Below, piece by piece: positions 40,731 to 53,660 of a stretch of 64,000 nucleotides of DNA (position 1 is the first letter of the stretch; each line of letters begins with the position of its first letter). Position numbers and translations under genes: made by a program. The stretch is from the NCBI RefSeq assembly GCF_009914755.1, contig NC_060926.1. One strand, 5' to 3'. The DNA is from the human T2T-CHM13v2.0 reference genome, Homo sapiens. Under the pieces are notes generated by a model, which made no database searches, was not told where the DNA came from, and saw only the letters and a program-made list of their open reading frames with translations.

Positions 40731-41469
40731 GAAATGATGTGGGATATTGTGTGCTTGAACTTTTGCTGAATAATATGTACTATAATTACTGTTTAAGCAG
40801 TGGTGAATGCCGCTGTAGGGTCCTGGCCTGTGTCCCGGTGGGCAGGTGGAAATGCAGGTGTGCAGCGGAACTGGCCTCCCTAGAAGTAAAGACCTGGAAC
40901 AAGAGCCAGCCAGCCAATGGGAAGTGGATGAGCTTTCAGGGGGCTCCCAGGGTGGGAGAGGGGCCTGGTGGGACACGCAGGGTACATCAGGGAAGGAGCA
41001 GATGGCAAAGAGGGAGGAGAATTCACTGGATAATCACCCATCCCAAGTACTTAAGCATAATTTTTTCATTGACTGGTTCTCTAAAATGAACAACAAATAG
41101 TTTAAATTTACATTTTATAATAGCTTGACTACACCTCTTTGTTTGTAAAATGTATTCTGTTAGATGCTGTGGTTGCATCAAAGCTTTTCTAGGCTAGCTA
41201 GATACAAGCTGATAGCATTAGCATTAGCCACACTGGGAGCATTAAAAAAAGGGAGCTGTGACCCAAGACTTATTGGGATCTCTTCGTAAAACCTCACAGA
41301 ACTATGTCATCCCAATTTTACTACCTTTGAGTGTTGGCACATCTTTCTGTTTAAGTTTTCTGTTTTTCAATGACATAATCTATTGCACATACGTTTTTGA
41401 GTCCCCGTGAACCTTATGTTCAAGCCATTGAGCCTAGTGATGACTGGGCATTACGTGGACATTAGCAGA

Positions 41470-41660
41470 GCAATAATGGCTAACACTTGTCCAGCACAGA
41501 CTGAGTGTTAGGTATTTCCTGTAGACTGGCTCATTTAATCCTCACCGAAGCTCTGACCCATCTGCAAACACAGAAATGGGGGGCAGAGTGGTCAAGCACC
41601 TTCCCCCAAAGTCACCCAGATGGTTGATATGAAGCTGGCTTTTCAAACCCTGGCTTTCTG
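41470..41660 (-). mobile_element. MIR
   Basis: aataatggctaacactt..ctcatttaatcctcac..gtggtcaagcaccttccc..aagtcacc. Confidence 0.65.
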
Positions 41661-42443
41661 CAGCTGAAGAGGATCTTTCACAAAAGTGGTCCTATCAGTG
41701 TCCACAGAGGAAACCTCTGTAATTTCAACGGTCGGAAGAGAGTTTACCGGCAGCAGATTTTGACCATTACCCAATAAAAACAGAAGACAGATCATGAAAG
41801 GACTCTCTCCAAAATAACATACTGAGCAAAGGTCTTACTGACCAGAAGCTGCTGCCCTGTAAGAGTCAGCCATGCTCAGTGGGAGCAGCCACAGAGAAGA
41901 TGCTTCTTTGCTCCCGAGAATAGCAGTGCACACGGCCTGCCTCCAACACGCTGCAAGAGAGAGGGGGCGAGAGGAACTGAGTTAGTGGATGTGTGCTTTA
42001 GATTCAGTAAACTTCTTTCAACTAGGCCTGCCTTCCTCTACCCCTCCCCAGTAAAATATTGAAACAAGCCCCTTCCCAAATGATATCTACTAAAAGCCTG
42101 TATTTGAATGAGTTTCCATAAATTGATCAGTTGCATTTTAAGGCATGAGATATTACAAAGAAAAAAGTCTTAAGGAGCCACAGCGAAGTAGATTGTGTTA
42201 TTTGAATAATTCAGACTGCATGTTGAAAATCAAGGTAGGGATGACAGTATTTTTCATACAGACTCAATTTTTTTTCTACTAACTGAACTCTAAACCAATT
42301 ATTTGCACATAGACAAATATATTTTGGTATGCACACATGTGCACATATGTATTTTTGAAATTTCAAGTTAATATCCTGGAAGTAACATGTTAGACTTGTT
42401 TTTGTCTCCCTGCGTATATTTTGAATTAAGTTTAAGAAATCAA

Positions 42444-42705
42444 GACCAGGTGTAATGGCTCACACCTGTAATCCAGCGCTTTGAGAGGCCAAGACAGGAG
42501 GATCCCTTGAGGCCAGAAGCTTGAGACCAGCCTAGGCAACATAGATATTTTTTGTAGATAACCCCATATCTACAAAAAGTAAAAAACTAGCAGGGCGCGG
42601 TGGTGCACACCTACAGCTACTCAGGAGGCTGAGGCAGATGGATCGCTTGAGCCCAGGAGTTGGAGGCTACAGTGAGCTGTGATTGTGCCACTGCACTCCA
42701 GCCTC
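42444..42705 (+). mobile_element. AluJ, sense, 3'-truncated
   Basis: ggaggatcccttgaggccag, ggatcgcttgagcccaggagttggaggctacagtgagc. Confidence 0.9.
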
Positions 42706-43379
42706 AGATGCCTTTCTGTGATGCCATCAGAAAGAAGGAAAGAAGGAGGGAGGGAAGACTCTGGTCTTCTCTGTGGCGGGATAAATTGGTTAGTCAGTGG
42801 AAAGGTGAATGAGGCAGGTGGATATTAACCTGGAATCATCAGTCTGCCTTCTCCTTCAGCTTCCCATTAAACCAGGTGGCTGAAGCCTAAACACCCATTG
42901 TCAATACACAGTGGGGCCTCCTAGACAATAAGTAAGTGACCAGGTGGTCTCTGGTGCTAAATGCTCTAATGCTCTTCAGGAAGTCACACAAGAGGGCTAG
43001 GAGAGTGACACTTTGATGGGTATCTCTGAAGCAGTACTGCTTGTTCACTGGCTTGAATCACAGAAGAGCAGCCACTGGGCCTGTCTTACTCTGCAAGGAA
43101 CCTGGTGCTTAGAAAACTCAGTAAATCCTAGTTAAATGAAGCAGAGATGGGTAGAACATGGCCCCTCCTGACAGGTATGACATAAATATTCAGAGGGTAT
43201 TCATTATGACTGTAGTTGCCATTCTTAAGTCTCTCTTAATGCTGGCACATCCGGCCTCAGGACTTTGTTTACAAGCTCCTCATGAGGTATTACCCTGGGC
43301 TATTGAAGAGGCAGCTGGGCTAAGGTGGCAGTAAGGCCCACACCTATATAAATGTTAAACCTTGCCCTCTAAAGCACTT

Positions 43380-43520
43380 TGTATTCATGTCTCTCCTGAG
43401 CATCAGAAGTATCTTCCGAGGCAGGTGGCGGTGTCCCATTTTACAGAAGAAACTGAAATCCAAGGAGAACATACAAATGGTTCAGCTAAGCTTGAATCTC
43501 AGACCCTTAACTCCTTTCTT
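43380..43520 (-). mobile_element. MIR fragment
   Basis: cccattttacagaagaaactga MIR core. Confidence 0.6.
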
Positions 43521-44582
43521 CTGTAATATTTGGTTCACCTTGATCCCCGTGACCTCTTTGGAAATCTCTATGACCATTTTTTAATGTTGTAGGGGCACTG
43601 GCTACTATCAGGAGTGTGTTAACCCAGCAAGATACGGTTCATAGGATTGTCTTTAGAAAGAAAATAGGGTCTTAGAGTAGGATTGCTCGTATTTTAGGCG
43701 TTAGTGAAAACTGTTGAGCTGAGAAAGTTTTTATACCTATCCTATTTGTTTTTAAACCCATTCCCATCCAAGACTTGAAAAGGCAGCTTAGCTCATGAGG
43801 TTCTGAGAGCTGTTTTTCCAGCATAACTTGGGGGTCTTGCTAAGCTGTGTTTTAGAGTGGTCACATGACATACAAGATGTAATCTGGCTATATAATATCA
43901 AATTTGTAGCCCTTCTCTCCTTGGGCTAGACCTGAGTAATAAACTTAACTAGCTGTAGTAATGAAGCCAAAAATTAGGTTTCCTTGAACTGCTAAGCTAG
44001 AGAGAAAAACATGCGTTGTTCTTTGGATCAGACTTCTATGATGGTCTTGCCTAGACTAAATCAGAATACCATCTCTGACTTAAAATTTCAGTAGTCAATT
44101 AGCTGGAATGCATTTTTTTTCAGACTTTCTTCTGTTGAGGCTTTTTCACATTGGAAATTTGTCAGTTTGTATGTCTAATTTTATTGTAGAATAATGGGTC
44201 ATCTGCAGTCTCTTTCTGTTCAAATCCATCCTGCACCATAGCAAATTACTCTTAACTGAAAATACCACATGGTCCTGTTGGGTTTTAAGAAACAGCGTCC
44301 AAGGGATGCAACCTCAACTCTCGGCCAACAAGACCCTCCAGATGGGCTTCCAGCCAGCCTTTCCAACCTGTGTTGGCAAAGAGAGAAAAGAGCGAAGCCT
44401 GTGAGGATACAGGGTGATGGGGCACTCTTCCTTCCCACTTGTTTTGGGGTCTCTGAGGGCAGCAGCCCAGCCCGGCTGTGTAAATGAGGGAGCCATTGTT
44501 GTATCAGTGCATGGCCATAACTCAGCTTCAGAACAAAAAACTGTAGGGGGTGCCTCCTTCATTGAGGATACCGGGCTGCTAA

Positions 44583-44898
<316 letters not shown>

Positions 44899-44954
44899 AG
44901 AGCTGAGCTTTCTAAGGGTCTTGGAAAGTGTGGCTTCCAGTGCTCCAGGAGTTT

Positions 44955-45340
44955 CAGAAGCGGAAGCGTTCAGGGATTGGTTAACCTTTAGCTACTGAGG
45001 CGTGATTACGCCAATGGAGCTGTCATTGATTGGCTGTCCCTCTGAAGCAGTCTCACTGCAGTGAGGCAGTTGTTGATTGGCTGGCCGTCTGGTGTGACTT
45101 AGTTTTTGATTGCTGGATTTCACTGGAGTGAAGTGGTCGTTTATTGGCTGGCCCTCTGATATGAGGTGGTGGTGAATTGGTGGGCGTCAGTGCAGTAAGT
45201 GAGCGAGCCGGACGTCGATTGACTGGTCTTCAGAAGCAGGTTTGGTTTTGTTTTGTTTTGGTTTGGTTTAAATTGATGGGGGCTGTCATTGAGCCATTAA
45301 AATAGGGTTAAACCCATTGCTATGGCTAACCAATAGGCAG
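44955..45340 (+). promoter_or_regulatory. CCAAT/NF-Y box cluster: candidate internal promoter and alternative first exon of NCK2
   Basis: ATTGG/CCAAT at 44976, 45011, 45029, 45076, 45143, 45176, 45330; ETS-like cggaag at 44961; donor gca|gtaagt at 45195. Confidence 0.6.
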
Positions 45341-45699
45341 TCATTTCCTAGTTGTATGGGAACTTTTAATTTTCACGTGTCCTAGAATCTTAGAATTCTG
45401 AGTTGGAATAAGCCTATCAAAATGCAGACCACGCATCGGACGGTTGGGCGGGTCGGGGAGGGGAGGTCCACAGGCCTGGGCTCAAATCCTGACTGTCATT
45501 AAATAAGGCACTCAGTCTCTGTGACACAGTCTCCTAAAGGATGACACCTCCCTGAAAGGTGGGTGTTTTCCCAAGATTAAACGCCTTGGCATGTGGCAGG
45601 TGCGCATCATTGCTCAACATTTACTTCCCATTGCATTTCGCAGAGCTCAGGGTTGTGGCCCAGGGGAAGTTCTGTGGGGTGTTGTTTTGTGGCTCGGTT

Positions 45700-45870
45700 C
45701 TCTCACTTGGCCTTTCCCATCTAAGGCTCGGAAGAATTACATGGCAAGATGTAAAACTCCTTGGATGCTCAGGCCTCTTTCATAAAGATACTGATATAAT
45801 TGGCTTGCAGTAGGGCTCAGGCAGTGGAATTTTTAAAGCTTCTATATGATGTTCGGTGTGCGTGAAAATA
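45700..45870. mobile_element. MER5-type hAT fragment
   Basis: gatactgatataattggcttgcagtagggctcaggcagtggaatttttaaagct. Confidence 0.55.
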
Positions 45871-46739
45871 GATCCTGCCCAGCCAGCTCTTTACTTAACT
45901 ACCCTTCATGCAGTAGGAAATATTAATAAACAGCTTTGATTGGCGAGATCTTGACTGGTCTTAAGCGATGGGCTGCTCTTGTTAAAACCTTGTGGAAATT
46001 GTGTAATTAAGAAATGTGGTATTCAGATGGAATATTCTCTGAATATTCCATTCCTGTTACTGCTATTGCTCTTCTTCTTGTTACTTAGAAAATCTGCCTT
46101 TATGACTTTCAAAAGTCTAATCTGACATAAAGCTCAGGTTAGTGAGTTCTACATGGTATGCACTTGAGATTTTCTGAAAGTGGATAACAAAATTGTCTCC
46201 AGTTCTGATAGGAGCTTCATGTAAACTTTATCCTCTTGAATATTGTATATATTATGCAGAGGCTTTCCTCCTTCCCAAAAGGTTTGTTATCTTTAAATTT
46301 GGAAGTTAATTCATGAAAGAAACGTGTATTATTTATAAAAAAATTTTTTTAGCATCTAGTAGAAAATATGTTATTTAAAAATGGTATTTATGCTTCCATG
46401 GAGTCAATGTGCATAGGTCCCCTGTAATCCTAAAGTCATCCCTATACAATAATGAGAACTTCTCTGTCAGGGAGGAAGGGGATTTTAGTCCTGAGTGTTT
46501 TCATCATTCATTTCTCCCTAGTTTGGAGAAATGTCTAGTTAGTTTAAGGACTGAATATTGAATTTTTCTGCTTAAAGAATATTGGTTCATCTTCTACCTA
46601 AGAAGTAGAGAGTTGCTAAAATAGTTGATTATTTATTTTATTTATTCAGCCACACTTTTGCTATTTATTACTTCCAAAATTGACTTTACTGGATATATAA
46701 TACACGCATCTATTTATTGTTGTTTTGATAAACTTTTCA

Positions 46740-47950
46740 TTTTGGAAAAATGTTATGTTCACTTTTGATGTTGCACATTTTATAGATTTTAACAAATGTA
46801 TAATGACAGGTGTCCGCCATTATAGTATTGAGCAGAGTAGTTTCACAGCCTTAAAAATCCTGTGCTTCACCCTTGCATCCCTCCCTTCCCTCTTGCCCCA
46901 GGCAAGCACTTATTTTCTTACTGTCTCCATAGATTTGTCTTTTCCAGTATGTCATACCGTTTTAAAGAAAAAACTTATTCATGACATTTGTTGAAGAACA
47001 GTAAGGCAGATTTTATTCAGAGGGACTACTACAGTAGGGTTTTGCAGTCAAGAAAGAGATTGGGTTTGACTCCTAATATTAAGACAACAAGGAAGAGTGG
47101 GCATTTATAGGCAAGGAGCAAAATAAGGGAGTTGGTGGGTGGAAAATTACTAAGAGGAAACATCAGGGGTGGAGCGTGGGGATTCTGGCTAAACTGACCG
47201 AACAGGATTCTTCTGAAGGCAGGACAGGGTGATCAGCTGTCACCTGGGGGATGGTAGAGGATGAGGAACCTGATCAGATGTTGAGAGTGGAGGATTCCAG
47301 CTAGAGCACCTTAGCAGGAGAGTCTTGCAAAAATTGGGCAATGCAGAGATGGACACGGAAGTGCAAAAGTTGAGGCCTTAAAGGGAAGAAGATTCAAAGG
47401 AATTTGGCTGAAGTTTGGTTAAGGATAAACTGTCAGAATCACACAGTGTGTAGCCTTTTCAGATTGGCTTCTTTCACCTAGCAATATGCGTTTAAGGTTC
47501 CGCTATGTCTTTTCATGGCTTGATAGCTCATTTCTTTTTGGTACTGAATAATATTTCATTGTCTGGATATACCACAGTTTATGTATCTATAAACTGTGTC
47601 CTACTAAAGGACATTTTGCTTGCTTCCAAATTTGAGCAATTATGAATAAAGCTGCTACAGACGTCTCTGCACAGGTTTTTGTGTGAATGAAAGTTTTGGG
47701 GAATAATTTTATATTTATAAAAAAGTTCCCAGTATAGTACAGAACTTTCCCTTATACCCTTTACCTGGTTTCTCATTGTGTTAACATCTTATGTGAATGC
47801 AGTAACATCTTACTGGTGTGTTGTCCAAACTAAGAGATTGACAATTATTTATTGTTATTATTATTCTTAGACTTTATTTTGATTTCACCAGTATTTCCAT
47901 TAATTTTCTTTTTCTGTTTCATGATCCAATCCAGGATACCACCTTGTTAT
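46740..47950 (-). mobile_element. Old L1M fragments, antisense, split by an LTR
   Basis: gtagccttttcagattggcttctttcacctagcaatatgc..tgaataatatttcattgtctggatataccacagttt. Confidence 0.78.
46957..47435 (-). mobile_element. MER31-type ERV1 LTR
   Basis: gtaaggcagattttattcag, ggaaaattactaagaggaaacatcagggg, ggattctggctaaactgacc, ends aagtttggttaagga..tgtca. Confidence 0.72.
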
Positions 47951-48389
47951 TAGTACAATGTTAATTTTAATTTATAGGAGTAGTTTGGTTATGTTGACTT
48001 ATTAAATATGTTTATAAGACACAGCATATCCTGAGAAAATGAGTGTCAACCTAACAGTTATCAGGAGGCAGTGTTACTTAATGAAATGGACTCATTTAAT
48101 TATAATGTTATTTAGAATTTTTTTCAAGTTTGTTTTTGTTAGAGGGTCAGATTTCCCCATGTACAGCAAACAGTAACATAAGATTTGTTTTATAAGGTTG
48201 CTGTTTCTAAACAAAATACTAAAGCTTGTTGAAAGAAGGTCATTTTAAAGTTGAGCATTTCAAGACCCAGGAGAAAACCGGTTGCAGAGTTGTAATAAAA
48301 GCTGTCAGTGCCTAATTTTTCAAGTTGGTGCAAAGGATGAAGTGTCCGGGTAGTTCTCTAATGAGCATCTCCAAATGTTTTGCTGGCAG

Positions 48390-48405
48390 AAGGACTCCAT
48401 GAAAG
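48390..48405 (+). other. NCK2: NCK2 5'UTR portion of first coding exon
   Basis: Acceptor ttttgctggcag| (AG 48388-48389), 16 nt upstream of the ATG; in-frame TGA at 48400-48402. Confidence 0.8.
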
Positions 48406-48631
48406 ATGACAGAAGAAGTTATTGTGATAGCCAAGTGGGACTACACCGCCCAGCAGGACCAGGAGCTGGACGTCAAGAAGAACGAGCGGCTGTGGTTGCT
48501 GGACGACTCCAAGACGTGGTGGCGGGTGAGGAACGCGGCCAACAGGACGGGCTATGTACCGTCCAACTACGTGGAGCGGAAGAACAGCCTGAAGAAGGGC
48601 TCCCTCGTGAAGAACCTGAAGGACACACTAG
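48406..48631 (+). CDS. NCK2: NCK adaptor protein 2 (Nck-2/Grb4), first coding exon: SH3 domain 1 (codons 1-75 plus 1 nt, phase-1 intron)
   Basis: [76 protein letters not shown] matches the NCK2 N-terminus (SH3 motifs [15 protein letters not shown]); donor tag|gtgagt at 48632; strong GC3 bias. Confidence 0.98.
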
Positions 48632-49098
48632 GTGAGTGTTTCACCCTCGAGAGAGGAAGCCTTGTGCATTTCAAGGGACACTGTTCGTCTTTCTAGTTAG
48701 TTTGCTGTTTCAAAAAAAAAAAAAGTCTGTTTTAAAAGTTAATATCTTCCTAGTTGTCTTTTTTAATAATCTAAGAATTAAGAGATGAAGATGGAGAAAG
48801 AGGATGTTTTTCATTTCCTGGAGATTCTGGAGTTTGGGGTCCTGTGTATGGAGACACTTTGTGTGCTTGGGACCCCTGCACAGGTATCTCCTTGTATCAA
48901 AACGTTAGAGGAGCCTGACTTGGAATTCTCACCTCTAAGTCTACCCAGCTCTGCCAGTGTCGTGACATGAAGTTCTTTCTCTCTTATACAATCCTGTCCA
49001 TTTGGCCTACGTGCCTAGAGCAGGGGACAGCCAAAGCACTTTTTCCCTCTCTGAAATGGATGCTACATCACACCACAGTCCTGGGTGCCGTTAGCTAA

Positions 49099-49473
<375 letters not shown>

Positions 49474-50569
49474 TCCCCATGTGCCTCTTGTTTTCCCAGG
49501 TGTTGTCAGGTTATGGGCAGTGCCCTCCTGGAGTTACACAAAGTTAACAGTATCCAGTCTTGCCTTTACATGCACACGGAACTGACTTACAGTATTTACT
49601 GCCTCAGATTACCTGAGAAAATAATTGCGAGGACTTTTTTGAAGAATGACTCATCTGAGCTGACATTTAAAACATTGTTGTTACCTTCTTATGAGTATAA
49701 TGTTGTCTGTATCCAAGACTGCAGGTTATCACTTAAGGGTTTGCTAGTGAAATGAGTTAATATTATCACCTGTGTCACATTTACTTGGGGTTTTAAAAAA
49801 ATTTCTAACAAGAGGATTTGTTTTCTTTTGGGGAATGGAGAATGAGGAATACGTAGGAAAACTGAAAGTAAAATTATACACCAAATGTGGTGGGTGTTGC
49901 AAAATGTTCATCTTTTCTTTTCTGCCATGTTGAAAAGTCTAAACTCCCTCTGCAAAATCATCGAAAGCCTTCATGTATTAGGTAGTATTTTTGTGTATGG
50001 ATTAGGTTCTTACCATGATTTGGAGAGATAAGTGAGACATGGAACTTCGTATGAATCATACCAGCTCACTGGCCATCGTAGATTCTCAGCCTGATGGAGA
50101 AATTTCATTTTTGATTAGCAATATGCTCCTTCTCCACTGAGCTGCCTCCCTTTCATCTTTTCTTCCCCCACATAAGCATGCCACTTGAAAGAAACACTGT
50201 TTTATGCTTATAACTCTTAATTAACTGTGGTTACCAAAAAAAGAGGGTAGCATGAATAGAGAAAAACTTGAAGGTTGTCCTGAGCTTTATTTTTCCAATT
50301 TCTACCTTTCACCAAAGTACCATCTTTTTAGTGATGCCAAACATTGTTACGTTGTTGACTTGTTGTGTGTCTTCTTTTTTTTTTTTTTTTTATTGTATTT
50401 ACAAGATTCTAGTAAAGCATGAAGTGCTTAGAGACTTGTAGGAAGTAGAACAAGGCAAGGCGAGTTCTCTGGGTGACCTGGAAATTCCCTTGAAAACCTT
50501 GTCAGTTTTCTTCCTCAGTTTTCTAGAAGGAGAAAAGACAAAGCCACAAATTAAAACTATGAACCACAT

Positions 50570-50775
50570 CTTCCGCCCAGCATGCTTAGTTTTTTCATGA
50601 GCTGTGATCGGTTCAGCCAATGCGTGTACTCCCAGGCTCTCAGACTGAGCCAGCCGCCCGTCCTGGAGCCGGCACTGGGCCCGCGCCCGTCCCCGACAGA
50701 TGGCCATCCAGCCCTGCTGGAGCGCAGCGTCGGTTCGAGTAGGCCAATCCCATTTTTGGCGAAAACAGATTGTTA
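50570..50775. promoter_or_regulatory. Small CpG-rich patch with two CCAAT boxes (candidate promoter/enhancer)
   Basis: agccaatg (~50615), ggccaatc (~50742), ccgccc GC boxes, tttggcgaaa; CpG cluster in a CpG-poor intron. Confidence 0.5.
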
Positions 50776-51599
50776 GAAAGCTCTTCCTTAAATAGAGTCA
50801 GATTTTTACATTTCTTTAACTTTCTTCCTTCCTTTGGCTCTTATTCTGCCCTCTAGGCCTGTGCTGAGTAGGTCAGATCCTCTTCTGTAGAGTGTCAGCC
50901 CTCCCATAGGCTTGGTCTCAGTTCAGGCAAGCAGTTCTTGGGAAACATTCCTGTTAAGCATTAGCTATTGTAAAAATACAGAAAAAATGATGTTCTGAAC
51001 CCCTGTATTGAGTATAGCAGTTGATCTTCATAGCCAAAAGGCCCTTGGGGATCAGTATCCCCGTCATGAGGGAGAAATATCCCCATGGTTAGTATATATT
51101 TTTTGTTTTGATCTCTTTATCATGCTCACCTGGAGGTTTTTGTTGGACAAAGGGATGTTGTTATCTCAGCATGAGTTTTCCCTTGCCCTGTTGAGCTGCA
51201 TCCAGTGGAAGAGGAGGCACCCCCGATCAGGTCTCACCATCATGCAGTAACTTCTGTGCACTTCTGTGCAAAGCTTATAGATGTGGCGTTGCCAAGAAGG
51301 AAAGTGAGAATGCTTTCCATAGCCCCTCCTGCCTCTCATTAGTTGCATTTGTGTGTGTGTGTGTTTTGTTTTTTGTTCTTTGTTTTTTGGGGTTTTTTTT
51401 TTGTTTTTTTTTTTTGCTAAAAAGATAGGAGCCAAAGTGTTCATGGCTTCCTATTACTGTTGGTGATGATAATTAAACAGGTATACCATCAGAATGACAG
51501 TATGACTTTAGGCCAATTGTGCAGCCTGCAGAAATTATCCCTGCTGTGTATTAGGCATGGAAACAGCATCAAAAGTACACCACATGTATACTGACCACG

Positions 51600-51830
51600 G
51601 TTTGTTTTTGTTTTTGTTTTTTGAGACAGGGCCTCACTCTGTTGCCTAGGCTGGAGTGCAGTGGCACAATCCCTGCTTACTGTAGTATTGACCTCAGGTG
51701 ATCCTCCCACCTTAGCCTCCCGAGTATCTGGGACTACGGGCATGCACTACCACACCCAGCTATTTTGTATTTTTTATAGAGACAGGATTTTGCCATGTTG
51801 CCTGGGCTGATCTTTAACTCCTGGGATCAA
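51600..51830 (-). mobile_element. AluJ, antisense, internally deleted
   Basis: gagacagggcctcactctgttgcctaggctgg..gatcctcccaccttagcctccc. Confidence 0.88.
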
Positions 51831-53347
51831 TCTAGTAACTCATGGCACCACCCACATTTGCCATTTTTACTGCTTTGGGAGTCCACCTAATTCATAAATC
51901 CATGGTAAGATTCCTTCCTGCTTTGGAATAAAATGGCACCGGCCTCCCCAGCAAAACCACAGTGTTGTGTATTGCATCTCCAACTGTAGATTACCCTAAC
52001 TCTGTGTAGTTCTCTCCTGCTTTCTTGTACTCATTTGCTGTCCTGAAGTTGTTAATAAACTTAATTTTGTCACATACAGTACTTTGTTAAGAGTAGCTTG
52101 AGGAAAGACGTGAGAACCTTTGACAAAAAGCTCTCTCATGAAAGTATTTACCTGCTTTCTTTCTCTGCAATAATTTAAAATTGATTAAAGCAACCTGAGC
52201 TCTTATTTTCACATGGGCAAAACATTTGTATACTGGATCTCTTCTCATATTCAGCTTATGATCATGAATAGTCAGAACTTTGCCACAGATAACAGGGAAC
52301 AATGATCAAGAACTGTTTCTGCTGGCAGAATCCAGTTGATGTTTTTGAAGGGCTCAGACTGCACAGCTCTGAGCTCAGTGGAGAGCGGTCCTGGGCTGAG
52401 GTCTGGCCTTAATACTGCAACTCCACTTAGAAAATTGTGCAGGCGAGGTGTTGTAAAAGCACTATGCTACATCTTTTGAGATGGGGAAGCTGCTCCCAGG
52501 GAGGTATTTTTCAAAGATTTTCCCTCAAGCTACTGAAGAGCAGTTTTTTGTTACTACTTTATGACACCAGCTGGAGCCTTGCAAAGCCCCAAAGGTTAAT
52601 TCTCTTTTCGGTGGTTAACATAGGCTTAAGGGCTGACTCACATTACCCAAAAAGTTACGGTTCCATTTACAACCTGATCATATCCTCAGGAGGGTTTGTT
52701 CACAGGCCCACCTGCCCGTGGCTCACCCTGCCACCCTACCTACCTGGGACTTCTGCATCCAGCGTCACCTGCCCCAGGGCTCACTCCTCAGCATTCCTCC
52801 CAACAGGACCACACCTAGGCCTAGGGTGGTTAGAAACTTGCATGATCAGCCCCAGAACTCCTGCCTCTGATCCAACCCAGACCTGGGAGCACAGAGGCTA
52901 CTGAGAGGGCTCCCTAATGCTAACTGTGAAACAGCCTTTGCACTGGTTTGAGCTGATGCTTTTGGATGGGGACAGGGTGGCTGGCACCCGTGGGTGAAAT
53001 TGACAGGGTTCTGAGAGGCATATCCCTGCTAGGATCAACTTTGGAATTGAACTGATCAAAGTCACAAGGAGTACAGCTGTAGGATTGTTACGTAAGATCC
53101 AAAAGCAGTGAAAAGCAACACTTGGTGTTAGAATTAAGATTACAGTACTCTGGAGGGAGGGAGGCAGAGCCTCAGTGAAGGTACAGGGGCTTCTGTCTTG
53201 GTGATCTGCCCTGGGGTCTGTGGGGCAGGCTCACGGGCACACCTGCCTTGGAGGAGTTTGCAAAGCTGACTGCTTATTTCTGTTGGTATTATACTTTCGT
53301 TTTTAAGAAATTTATTTTAGAAAAATGTCAGTTCAAAACAACAATCA

Positions 53348-53660
53348 GGGCTGGGCACGATGGTTTATGCCTGTAATCCCAGTGCTTTGGGAGGCTGAGG
53401 TAGAAGGATCAGTTGAGGCCACGAATTTGAGACCAGCCTGGGGAACATAGCAAGACTTCATCTCTACAAAAAAATTTTTTAAAAAATAGAGCATGGTGTC
53501 ATGTGCCTGTGGTCCCAGCTACTCAAGAGGCTCAGTTGGGAGGACTGCTTGAGTCCAGAAGTTGGAGGCTGCAGTGAGCAGTGATTGCAACACTGCACTC
53601 CAGCCTGGGCCACAGAGTGAGACCCTGTCTCAAAAAATGAGCCATAAAAAAACAAAAACA
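53348..53660 (+). mobile_element. AluJ, sense
   Basis: ggctgggcacgatggtttatgcctgtaatccc ... gagtgagaccctgtctcaaaaaa. Confidence 0.93.

Noticed and set aside
45060-45200. CRISPR-like reading of the ~33-bp periodic repeats
   Set aside because: Primate intron; units are degenerate tandem copies without unique spacers or cas genes
48632-48696. C-terminal extension [10 protein letters not shown]... of the NCK2 ORF
   Set aside because: Read-through past the consensus donor g|gtgagt into intron
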